Position numbers and translations under genes: made by a program | Notes under the pieces: model-generated | What the model saw: only the letters and a program-made list of their open reading frames with translations | Database searches by the model: none | Told to the model about the DNA's origin: nothing | NCBI RefSeq assembly: GCF_000354175.2 | Contig: NC_022349.1 | Span: 1,110,001-1,142,000 of the forward strand | Length of the DNA stretch: 32,000 nucleotides | From: Vibrio alginolyticus NBRC 15630 = ATCC 17749 | GTDB lineage: Bacteria; Pseudomonadota; Gammaproteobacteria; Enterobacterales; Vibrionaceae | Reading direction: 5' to 3' | In this document: piece after piece, positions 20,332 to 29,900 of the stretch | How positions within the stretch are numbered: the first letter of the stretch is position 1 | Layout: every line of letters starts with the position of its first letter

Positions 20332-20532
20332 TTAGCGTTGATATGCTTTAAATTGGTTAGTCAATGGATCGTACTGATAACCGAGCATATCAAGCTTGCC
20401 GACTACAGACTCTACATCCATCTCATACACTGATACTAACTCGTCAAAACTGTCGCACTCTAAACGTAGCTTTTCGTTGACGATACCTAGCAAAATAGTG
20501 CTGTCCAGATTACCTACATTGCTTAAATCCAT
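20332..20532 (-). CDS. Small conserved hypothetical protein (DUF4250-like)
   Basis: ATG 20532 is preceded by GAGGAGA with a ~7-nt spacer; the listed start at 20553 is a TTG. 66 aa. MDLSN...LLGIVNEKLR...YQYDP.TNQF resembles DUF4250 proteins as I recall them. Confidence 0.5.
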   Translation of the reverse strand: MDLSNVGNLDSTILLGIVNEKLRLECDSFDELVSVYEMDVESVVGKLDMLGYQYDPLTNQFKAYQR

Positions 20533-20684
20533 CGCGACTCTCCTCTTCGACAAGGTATATAAACAAGCGTAGTAGTAATCACGCGAATTTAAAGTGAGTG
20601 CGATCTAAAACGTGATCACCTTATACCCAAGCACCAAGAAAGCACTTGGATATAAGCTGTCTAGCTTTGTCTTTAGAATAGAGG

Positions 20685-21395
20685 TTAAGCCGCGAGAGAG
20701 AATAAACCTTGCAGGCTCGTCATCGACGCGAGTGCTAGAAGCAAGGCAACGCTCAGTTGCACCTTTTCTGGTTTCTTATGCGTAAAAATATGCCAACACC
20801 ACACAATAATTGAAGAAATTAGCATAGCTAAAGACAGCAAGATCGGCTGTGTCGCAGCGTTTAGTGTGGCTTCATTTAACTGGTAAGAAGCAAACAACGT
20901 TGCGATGACTAATAGCATTCCAGACACAATGCCCGTAACTGGTAAAATACGGTGAAATGCCTGTAATCTGCTGCGAGCTATCGTAAGCAGCAATTGAGAA
21001 AATGACGCCCCAAGGAAAAATATCATTAGCGCCATCGCTATCGATGCTGGCCAGCTTGATTGCTCAAATACTTGAATACTCACATACGCAAAGGCCAAAC
21101 CATTCGCTAAATGCATCGCCCATAGTGGCCCTTTCTCACGCGTTTTCTTGGTTTGAACCTGAGAATAAAAGTAGAAAATAGCAAACACGATCATAAATGC
21201 TTCAATGCGAAGTGACGCAACAGCGAGCCACAATACAGCTACTGCTGGCAACATTTTATGAAGACGTCCTCGCTGACCAGGACAAATATCGCCCTTTATT
21301 AGAAGCAAAGTCAGTAGCGCTTGTGCGCCAAATAGCATCGGAGGGAAAGTAACCAGCAATTGTTGAATCATGTTGAATGCACGCTCAAAAGTCAT
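20685..21395 (-). CDS. Hypothetical multi-pass inner-membrane protein
   Basis: It has six or more hydrophobic segments and no family I can name. The start is uncertain: TTG 21431, ATG 21395 and ATG 21371 all lack a strong SD. It lies 50-110 nt downstream of the EAL gene on the same strand, so it is probably co-transcribed. Confidence 0.6.
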   Translation of the reverse strand: MTFERAFNMIQQLLVTFPPMLFGAQALLTLLLIKGDICPGQRGRLHKMLPAVAVLWLAVASLRIEAFMIVFAIFYFYSQVQTKKTREKGPLWAMHLANGLAFAYVSIQVFEQSSWPASIAMALMIFFLGASFSQLLLTIARSRLQAFHRILPVTGIVSGMLLVIATLFASYQLNEATLNAATQPILLSLAMLISSIIVWCWHIFTHKKPEKVQLSVALLLALASMTSLQGLFSLAA

Positions 21396-21481
21396 TTTGG
21401 GGGGCGATAATATCAAATCAACTATCGCCAAACCACCGAAAGTCGGCCCCCAAATGAGCTAAAACGGTAAGACAATTTTAT

Positions 21482-23938
21482 TCACAGAGAGGCAAGATAC
21501 TTCAACGCGTCTTCCTGCGTTAAAACTCCACGGTACTCTTCTTTGGTATTACACAGTACCCAAGGGAAACGAATGCCGGTTTTAACCAACTCTCGAATAA
21601 CAGAGACAGGTAAACCCTCATCAACCAACACAAATTCGGTGCTCATTATCTGATTAACAGGACGTTTCCAAATTCTGCTTTCTCGTTCAGTTTCTCGCTC
21701 TGTGCCCATCGAGGGCGTTAGGTGTAAATTCACCGTCTCTTTCGTAATTAACCCAACACAACGATTTTCATTGAGAACAACTAAAGGCAAGCTTGGATTC
21801 AAATTCATGTACTCCACTGCCAAGGAGAGCGGTTCTCCAGGGTCCATAGACCTGACTTGTTCATGGCTCACAGATTGCAACACATCACTTTGCTTAGACT
21901 CAATCGCGATGTCAGAGAACAGATGCCCATAACTGTTCGCTTTATCCATCAAATCGACAGGCACGGCAGCAGAAAATAGAAAGCCCTGCATGTAATCGAC
22001 ACCGATTTCTGCCAATACTTGAAGTTCTTGCTTAGATTCCACGCCTTCAGCAACCACTTTTACATTCATTTGCTGTGCAAGCTCGGTGACCATTTTCACA
22101 ATGTTATAGCTGGTGCTCCCTTTATGAATGTTCTTGATGAATTTTCGGTCTATTTTCAGTAAATCAAACTGCCCTTTTTCTAGATAAGAAAAAGAAGAAT
22201 ACCCAGTACCGAAGTCATCAATCGCGATCTCAATGCCCTCTTTCCGCACTTCCTCTAGAGCTCGAGTATGCTCCTCATCTTGTTCAAAATACGCGGTTTC
22301 TGTTAGCTCGATAGTTACTCGCTTAGGGTCTACACCACTGGCTTTAATCAAATCATGCGACCGCTGAAGGATCTGAAGAGAATCCAATTTCGTATTGAGG
22401 GAGCGATTGATGGTCACGCCCACTTCCTCGCCATAAATTTCTTGTAAGCGCGGAAAGTGCTTCAACGCAGCTTGGCAGACCACATCATCAAGTGCCGCTA
22501 TGAGTTCTAGATCTTCAATAATAGCGATCATCTTCTGCGTACAATACGCATCATTTTCATCATAGAAGCGTGCGAGGGCCTCGAACTTAACCACTCTTCC
22601 GGTTTGAACGTCGATAATCGGTTGAAAGTAAACGTCCACTAGCCCACTCTCTATTTGTGCCTCCAAAAACGCCTCGAGATGTTGGCGCTTCACTAATTCA
22701 GAGTGAAGTTCACTGTCGTAAAAGTTGAAATAGCTGCCTTCACCGGAAATAGAGGACAACATCGCTTGCGCTGCATGTGCTAGCGCTTGTCTTGGTCGGT
22801 TCGTATCATAGCCAAGGATTGACACACCAGTTTGGCCTTTAACGATAGTGGCATGCATTTTTGTGCCCATTTCATTTCTAAGCTCATTAAAGAACCCTTT
22901 CATGGCAATTTGGATCAAACGAACCGGGCTCAACCATTGACAATGAGGGGTCTGCAAGCATACGACAAACACATCCCGAGATAACTGCCCCGCAATACTG
23001 GTGTAGCGACTTCGCATAATAAAATCTGCAAAACCTAATTGCTGTTCAAGCAAGTATCTCTCCGAAAACTTGGGTCTGAGTGTCATAACAATGTTGAGTT
23101 CTTTATTTCTGCTTTCATTCGCTAAGTTCGCTAATTGGAGTTCAAATTCTTTCCTCGCTGGTAAAAAGGCAGCCCAATCATGCTGTTGTTCACAACGATT
23201 TTTCATCCACAACAACGAAGCAGAAATATCCGTAGAAAATCCGAGATAGAGAATTCGTCCAGAATGAAACGTAAGTCGGTAAATACAAAGATGATGAGCT
23301 TGGTTGCTACCGTTTGCTGTTTTGCTCAGCAAGTTACCACACCAACATCCTTCATCATTAATTTGCTGCCACAGCTGATCATAAAACGCTTGGCTATGGT
23401 GAGAGGTACTGAAAATATGAGTTTTAAGCCCAACCAGATCTCGGTTTTGATAGCCCATTTGTAACTCAAAGGCACGGTTACAACCTAAGATGCGCGTATC
23501 TTCATCGGCAACTAAAACGCCTACATTTGGCAAATCAAAAATCGTTTCGAGAATTTTCGCTAACTCCTCGCAACCAGTGATTGTTAATTGTGGAATGATA
23601 GTGCCTTGGATAATGCGCTTATTGAGCCTTTCAAAACTAATAGTAACGTGCACTAAGTTAACGTTTTTTAGCATCATGCAACAAGAAAACCGCCCCCGTC
23701 CGCCAAAGAGTTCCACTTCTAGAATTCGTTGTTTTAGCGTTTCTTGTTGCCCCATCAGCATATGATCAAACAAGTTATTTAGGCTGGTTATTGGCGTACT
23801 TATCCCAAATGCCTTTGCCATTCCTTGCTGATCACATTCGAACTCGCGAGTATCAATATCGTAAGACCACTCTATAACAGGAGTTAGACTGGAAGTCGTT
23901 TGCATTTTTGGATGCACTGTTGTCGTAGATTCACTCAT
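21482..23938 (-). CDS. c-di-GMP phosphodiesterase: PAS - degenerate GGDEF - EAL - CBS pair
   Basis: 818 aa. The EAL-domain residues are intact (FEALARF, TINRSLN, IELTE, DDFGTGYSS, KIDRKF, AEGVES, QGF). The position expected for GGDEF reads AGQLSRDVF. It has an N-terminal PAS-like region (VLVADEDTRILGCNRAFE) and a C-terminal CBS-like region (LVVLNENRCVGLITKE...). An SD (AAGGGG) lies upstream. Confidence 0.85.
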   Translation of the reverse strand: MSESTTTVHPKMQTTSSLTPVIEWSYDIDTREFECDQQGMAKAFGISTPITSLNNLFDHMLMGQQETLKQRILEVELFGGRGRFSCCMMLKNVNLVHVTISFERLNKRIIQGTIIPQLTITGCEELAKILETIFDLPNVGVLVADEDTRILGCNRAFELQMGYQNRDLVGLKTHIFSTSHHSQAFYDQLWQQINDEGCWCGNLLSKTANGSNQAHHLCIYRLTFHSGRILYLGFSTDISASLLWMKNRCEQQHDWAAFLPARKEFELQLANLANESRNKELNIVMTLRPKFSERYLLEQQLGFADFIMRSRYTSIAGQLSRDVFVVCLQTPHCQWLSPVRLIQIAMKGFFNELRNEMGTKMHATIVKGQTGVSILGYDTNRPRQALAHAAQAMLSSISGEGSYFNFYDSELHSELVKRQHLEAFLEAQIESGLVDVYFQPIIDVQTGRVVKFEALARFYDENDAYCTQKMIAIIEDLELIAALDDVVCQAALKHFPRLQEIYGEEVGVTINRSLNTKLDSLQILQRSHDLIKASGVDPKRVTIELTETAYFEQDEEHTRALEEVRKEGIEIAIDDFGTGYSSFSYLEKGQFDLLKIDRKFIKNIHKGSTSYNIVKMVTELAQQMNVKVVAEGVESKQELQVLAEIGVDYMQGFLFSAAVPVDLMDKANSYGHLFSDIAIESKQSDVLQSVSHEQVRSMDPGEPLSLAVEYMNLNPSLPLVVLNENRCVGLITKETVNLHLTPSMGTERETERESRIWKRPVNQIMSTEFVLVDEGLPVSVIRELVKTGIRFPWVLCNTKEEYRGVLTQEDALKYLASL

Positions 23939-24363
23939 ACCCTAGCCCCTTTTTTTGTAATTAGCCCAAGGCTCAAAATTCACAGTCAATTCGCGACATT
24001 CCAGTTGGGACCTGCCGATCCTCTTTATAGATGGATTGTGTCAACGATAAGCCTATCGACTTAGAACTATTTCCAGAGCAGCTCAGCCTTTTGCATTTAA
24101 TATGCACTAATTTGATTATAGGCTTTACCCCACATAAGCACACCATTGCTTATTCTTTGTATTAAGATTGCGACATTTTTCATGAACCGATCTATAACCA
24201 TGAGGCTTTCAAGGTGAAATTAGACAGAAAATCGCCGATAGAGCATTGATATTTTTACAAACCAAATAAAACTCGATGAACTAAGCTTGAATAGATGAGT
24301 TTGTTATAGATACCTGATAATCAAATCGCTATAATTCGCGCTCCCTGGAACAGAGAGCAAAAT

Positions 24364-26697
24364 ATGACCAATAACATCACTCCTATTCATGAGTACAAAA
24401 AATACTGGGCAGAGTGTTTTGGTACGGCACCTTTCTTGCCGACCAGTCGCAAAGAAATGGATGCCCTAGGATGGGATAGCTGTGACATTATCATTGTAAC
24501 CGGTGACGCTTATGTGGATCACCCAAGCTTTGGTATGGCTATCATTGGCCGCCTGCTAGAAGCACAAGGTTTCCGTGTCGGTATCATTGCTCAACCAGAA
24601 TGGCAAAATAAAGATGCGTTCATGCAACTTGGTAAGCCAAATCTGTTCTTCGGGATCACTGCGGGTAACATGGACTCCATGATCAACCGTTACACCGCGG
24701 ATAAAAAGCTTCGTCACGATGACGCGTACACACCGAATAACGAAGGTGGTAAACGCCCAGACCGAGCAACGTTGGTTTACTCTCAACGTTGTCGTGAGGC
24801 ATACAAAGAAGTACCTATTGTTTTAGGTGGTATCGAAGCTAGCCTACGCCGTGTTGCGCACTACGATTACTGGTCAGATAAAGTTCGCCGTTCTGTACTG
24901 TTTGATGCAAAAGCAGACATCCTACTTTTTGGTAACGCAGAGCGCGCACTTGTCGAAGTAGCACATCGCATCGCAAACGGCGAAGGCATCAGCACCATGA
25001 CCAATATTCGTGGTACTGCCGTGAACTTGCCAGCGGCGCCAGAAGGCTACACGGTTATTGATTCTTCTCGCATTGAAAAACCTCGTAAAGAAGCGTTCGT
25101 ACCAAAGAACCCATACGAAGTAGAAACTCAGTGTGAAACTAAAAAAGATGAGCCTGTTGCACAACCAATCACGATTCGCCCATCACGCCACGATGCTGCG
25201 ACGACTGCGGTCCGTTTACCTTCGTTTGAAAAGCTAAGAAACGATCGTATTCTTTATGCGCATGCAAGCCGTGTATTGCATCTAGAAACGAACCCGTACT
25301 CTGGTCGAGCGTTACTTCAAAGCCATGGTGATCGTGAACTTTGGGTAAACCAAGCTCCAATTCCATTGACGACCGAAGAGATGGACTTTGTGTTTGGCCT
25401 GCCTTACGCGCGTGTCCCTCACCCTATGTACGGGAAAGCAAAAATTCCTGCGTACGACATGATCAAGACGTCTGTAAACATCATGCGTGGTTGCTTTGGT
25501 GGCTGTTCTTTCTGTTCGATTACCGAGCATGAAGGTCGAATCATTCAAAACCGTTCGAAAGAGTCTATCATCAACGAGATTGAAGAAATTCGCGACAAAG
25601 TTCCAGGCTTTACCGGCACAATTTCCGATCTTGGTGGCCCGACTGCAAACATGTACCGCCTGGGCTGTAAAGATCCAAAAGCGGAAGCGAACTGTCGTCG
25701 TCCTTCTTGTGTATTCCCGGGCATCTGTAACAAGCTAAACACAGACCACAAACACACGATCGATTTATACCGCGAAGCGCGTAAAGTTGAAGGCGTGAAG
25801 AAAGTGATGGTTGCATCTGGCGTACGTTACGACCTTGCGATTGAATCACCAGAATACGTGAAAGAGCTCGTGACTCACCACGTAGGCGGTTACTTGAAGA
25901 TTGCACCGGAACATACAGAGAAAGGTCCTCTTGATCTGATGATGAAGCCAGGCATGGGTACGTACGATCGCTTTAAAGAGATGTTCGAGAAATACAGTGC
26001 AGAAGCAGGCAAGAAGCAGTACTTAATCCCTTATTTTATCTCTGCGCACCCAGGCACAGAAGACGAAGACATGCTGAACCTTGCTCTGTGGCTGAAAAAG
26101 AACAACTTCGAATGTGATCAAGTACAAAACTTCTACCCTTCGCCAATGTGTAACGCAACGTCGATGTACTACTCAGAGACAAACCCTCTGAAACGCGTGA
26201 AGTACAAAAAACGTGAAGATGTACCTGTAGCAAAAGGTGAACGTCAACGTCGCCTGCATAAAGCGCTGTTGCGTTATCACGATCCAGCAAACTGGCCAAT
26301 GATCCGTGAAGCCCTAATCAGTATGGGTAAAAAACATTTGATTGGTGACAAACAAGGCTGTCTCGTTCCTGCAGAAGACATTGAAGCACAAACACCTGCG
26401 CAACGTCGTAAATCTGGTCGTCATGGGGCAAACCGCTTTGCAACCAAACATACCAAAAACCAACCAGGCTTCGGTGGTCATTTGAACAAACGTTCTGAAG
26501 GCGGTTCAAAAGATGGTAAACCATCTGGCAACCGTAACGGTTCGGGTAAAGCTACAGGTGGTCAACGCCCTGCAAGCAACGGCCAACGTCCTAGCGGCAA
26601 CGGTGCAAACCGCCCGGCAGGTAGCAAGCCGCAAGGCCAAGGTCGCCCACAAGGACAAAGCAAACCAGCTGGTCAACGTAAACCAAAGCGTCGCTAA
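24364..26697 (+). CDS. ygiQ: YgiQ-family (UPF0313) radical SAM protein with low-complexity basic tail
   Basis: 777 aa. It has the CX3CX2C cluster motif CFGGCSFC and an N-terminal region typical of YgiQ ([22 protein letters not shown]). The C-terminal ~85 aa are rich in G/Q/R/P/N/K. Confidence 0.9.
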   Translation: MTNNITPIHEYKKYWAECFGTAPFLPTSRKEMDALGWDSCDIIIVTGDAYVDHPSFGMAIIGRLLEAQGFRVGIIAQPEWQNKDAFMQLGKPNLFFGITAGNMDSMINRYTADKKLRHDDAYTPNNEGGKRPDRATLVYSQRCREAYKEVPIVLGGIEASLRRVAHYDYWSDKVRRSVLFDAKADILLFGNAERALVEVAHRIANGEGISTMTNIRGTAVNLPAAPEGYTVIDSSRIEKPRKEAFVPKNPYEVETQCETKKDEPVAQPITIRPSRHDAATTAVRLPSFEKLRNDRILYAHASRVLHLETNPYSGRALLQSHGDRELWVNQAPIPLTTEEMDFVFGLPYARVPHPMYGKAKIPAYDMIKTSVNIMRGCFGGCSFCSITEHEGRIIQNRSKESIINEIEEIRDKVPGFTGTISDLGGPTANMYRLGCKDPKAEANCRRPSCVFPGICNKLNTDHKHTIDLYREARKVEGVKKVMVASGVRYDLAIESPEYVKELVTHHVGGYLKIAPEHTEKGPLDLMMKPGMGTYDRFKEMFEKYSAEAGKKQYLIPYFISAHPGTEDEDMLNLALWLKKNNFECDQVQNFYPSPMCNATSMYYSETNPLKRVKYKKREDVPVAKGERQRRLHKALLRYHDPANWPMIREALISMGKKHLIGDKQGCLVPAEDIEAQTPAQRRKSGRHGANRFATKHTKNQPGFGGHLNKRSEGGSKDGKPSGNRNGSGKATGGQRPASNGQRPSGNGANRPAGSKPQGQGRPQGQSKPAGQRKPKRR

Positions 26698-26720
26698 CTC
26701 TTTAGCACTTAAATACTAGA

Positions 26721-26758
26721 AAGGGCTCCAGAGGTAACTCTGGAGCCCTTTTGTTTTG
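26721..26758 (+). terminator. Strong rho-independent terminator after ygiQ
   Basis: A perfect 13-bp stem: AAGGGCTCCAGAG (26721-26733) pairs with CTCTGGAGCCCTT (26738-26750) around the loop GTAA, followed by TTGTTTTG. Confidence 0.85.
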
Positions 26759-26959
26759 TCGGCTCATTGAGGCATCACTCACAACTAAAACTTTGATTCA
26801 ATCAATACAAAAAATGGTAAACACCAACCAACTTATTGGAAAAACAAACAATTATTTGATTGACGCAAAACCATAAAAATCTAACTCATTGATTTTTAAT
26901 TGCTTTATTTTGGTGCGATATTTGCGTAATAGAATAAAACTCTTAAACATGGGCTAACG

Positions 26960-29900
26960 ATGAATAATCCACTTCCCCCAAAAACTTCTATGTTCTGGTA
27001 TGACAACAGCTATACCTATGAGGAGGCCGTTCAGGCATTTGAAAGCGATGGTACACTGAAATCGCTGAATATCGTTCCAACCACGGAATCCGATGATCTT
27101 GCTGGCTCACCCCCAGAGCGCAGTATGTTTTGGGAGGGAGAAACAAAAAAAATCGATCCGCCACCGCCGTCTGAACCAGAGCCTCTCAATTTAAAAACTG
27201 AGAAAGAAGCAACGGAAGCATCACCTGCGCACTTTATCCCAGTCCGCTATGCCATCGATCAGCTAGAAACAGAAGAGACACAACCTTTTGGTTTGCCTGA
27301 AGAATGGAAAGGGCAAGGCCCAGCCAAACTCAATACCGTTGGTTACACCCTGCGTCAACTGCGCGACGGTTGGCTGTATGTCTATGATGCAATCAACAAA
27401 AGCTTAGACGAATACGAAATCAAAGGAACGCAATTCACGCTCTATAAGTTGGGAGAATCAGAAAGCCCAAAATCAGAGCAGCGTGGGACACCACAAGATG
27501 CAAAGCCCTTCCTTACTTACGTCAACGGAAGCGTACTATCGATTTGCTTCTCTGAGCACCGGTGGACATGGCACACGTTCATGCGCGTACTTAACAATCC
27601 GAGTAATCATATCGATCGCATGCAAACCATTGTTCTGTCCTCAAACGAGAATCAGCACAACATTGCACCAATAGATAAGTTAACCCAAGTCGCTGATATT
27701 GAATCTTCTGCCGTCGATGATGGTCGCTTTGCGGATTCTGGCATCGCCACCAAAGCAGATGAAGATGGTTCTGTCTTTAAACCTGTCGCAGTCGAAAGCG
27801 ATTTAACCTCTGCGATTCCAGAAGAAGAATCAGGCTACTTCGTCGCGATAAAAGATTACGCCGCAGACATTCAAGATATGTCACTGCATTTTGTTGGTGC
27901 CGCAAGCCCTTACCGCCTTTTCACTGACCAGTTTTCAAACCAGTGGAACTTGATGCAGACCGCCATGCAACTGTGTATGTTTGGTGCAAGTGACGAGATA
28001 GACATGCCAGCTAGCGTTAAGCGTAACGGCGAAGAGCTGTCGTTTTATACCGACATGGCTGACTATTATGACTCCTCTCACCAACTTGATTTGGCAGAGC
28101 AGAACAAAAGCTCAGTTCAGTCCGGCTATCCTGCTAAATTTTCCGCTGGAGCGATTGAATCACACCAACATACCCAAAGTGACATTGCTAAAGCGATACA
28201 GGACAAATATCGAATTTCTGCGAGCCGTTTTGGTAAATACGAACAATGGATAGCGACTGAACGCTGGCGTCAGCAGCTCAACTGGAAGCAAATGCTGAGC
28301 GAGATGCAAGAGCTGTCAGAACAAAAAGAAACCATGCTAGCCCAAGTGGTTTCGGTCAAACGCGACTTTATCGCAGTAATGGAGTCCTTAACGCCGCATC
28401 ATCTCGAAAGAACCTTCGACCTATACAGCGAAGACACGCAGTACAGCTTGTATCAACTACACAAGCAAGCGGTTGAGTCATTTACTTTGGTGATACAAGA
28501 AGAAGACCGCCAATGGGCTGAAAGCCAATGGGAGAAACCAACCAGTTTACTTGCTCTCTATGCCTCTGGGTTTAGTCGTAGTTTATTTAAAGTGATGGAG
28601 AAGAATATTACAGAGGCGCTTGATGAACAGTCGATCGTCTCAGGAAATCCTGATCCTGATAATCAGTTGATGGACCAGATATCTGATACCAGCAACCGCG
28701 TGAATATGTACTCTAAGATCATGGACTTTGTTTCCAATCCAAACACTGCGGAAACAGCCTTTCTCAAAGATATCGCCAAAGGTTTCCAAGAGCTGGATAT
28801 TATTTTTAAATCTGCAATAGGTGCGCTTGCAAAAGGCGTTGTAGAGTTTGGTGTTAGCATGACCTCACAAGTATCAATTTCGCTGATGCCTGTTTTCGCT
28901 AAACCTCTGAACCGTCATAGCTATTATTTATTTGCCGTTATTGCAGAACATATGGCACACAACATGCCCGTAACAATAAAAGAAGGTTACGCTCGCGATT
29001 TTAAAAAATGGAAAACACGCGTAAATGATTATCTGATTAAGCTCGAAAAAAACGATGCAATCATTGCTGACTTCCAGAAAAATAACCGCAAAGCTGACTC
29101 TAAATACACAACAGCTTTAAAAAATAAAAAGACTATTAAGAAGGCTCTCGCTGTAGCTACATTGGAGTACCCGCAGTACATTGAGTTACCTGATGATCTA
29201 CCTCAAAGAACCATCGAGCTTAGAACGCGGATCGTGATGAATAAGCTCAATGATTTGAATAAACTGTTCGAGAATGCCGGTGGTCTAGGCTTTCTGGCAT
29301 TAATATTTAACTGCATCGCGCTTGGTGATGCCATGAGCAGTATTCAAGACACGGGGTTAATGTCCTCAGATGAATTTTTGGATATCCAGCAAAAGTTATT
29401 TTACACAGTCAACGCTTGGACAGGTGTTCGTACAGGTAAGTTATGGGAGAAAGTGAAGGGTGAACCTAGGTTAAGGTCACATTCATATAATGTCTTAAAA
29501 AAGTTAGTGAATAGAAACGAAGATACCTTTAAAAACTTAAACCTTGATGACCTAAAGGTATTCAATAAATGGCTAGCAATCACAGGGGCTTTAGGTGCGT
29601 TAGCTTCGGGTATTGAGGCTTACCGTTCTTGGCAGAGTGCTGACAAAGTTTATGGTCAAGAAAAATATCTGCATGTAGCAAATTCCCTAGTATTAACAGC
29701 AATGTCAGCTGTCGGTATATTCCAAGTATACGGAGGGTTAACTGGACAATTTGCATTAAACTTATCCTTTGGCGGGCCTATAACGGCCGGCCTGGTTATT
29801 CTCACGATTGCATACCTAGCCATCAATTATAAGTTGAATAAACTGAAACAAGATGATTTCCAAAAATGGTTAGATAAACTGCCTTGGGGTTATCACCCGA

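Noticed and set aside
23939-24363. c-di-GMP (GEMM) riboswitch or small gene in the 425-bp spacer between the EAL gene and ygiQ. I also noted a TATAAT at 24330-24335.
   Set aside because: I found no GEMM-like conserved core on either strand and no ORF of 60 aa or more. The TATAAT has no acceptable -35 at 16-18 bp, so I did not call a promoter.
24556-26719. Eleven 63-98-aa ORFs on both strands inside ygiQ (for example 24556-24786, 24922-25164, 25610-25906, 26036-26299, 26513-26719).
   Set aside because: All are nested in or antisense to a well-supported 777-aa radical-SAM ORF. They have no SD sequences and give compositionally odd translations (Arg/Cys/His-rich). They are typical shadow ORFs.
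26759-26959. Promoter for the effector gene (TTGACG at 26860-26865; TTGCTT at 26901-26906 with CGTAAT 18 bp downstream), and a 2-codon mini-ORF ATGGGCTAA at 26949-26957.
   Set aside because: Neither -35 candidate has a convincing -10 at proper spacing. The mini-ORF is probably fortuitous. I left the promoter uncalled.
27483-29583. Small ORFs inside or antisense to the effector gene (27483-27674, 28068-28253, 28663-28860, 29401-29583), and 30754-30945 antisense to the immunity gene.
   Set aside because: They are nested shadow ORFs without translation signals.
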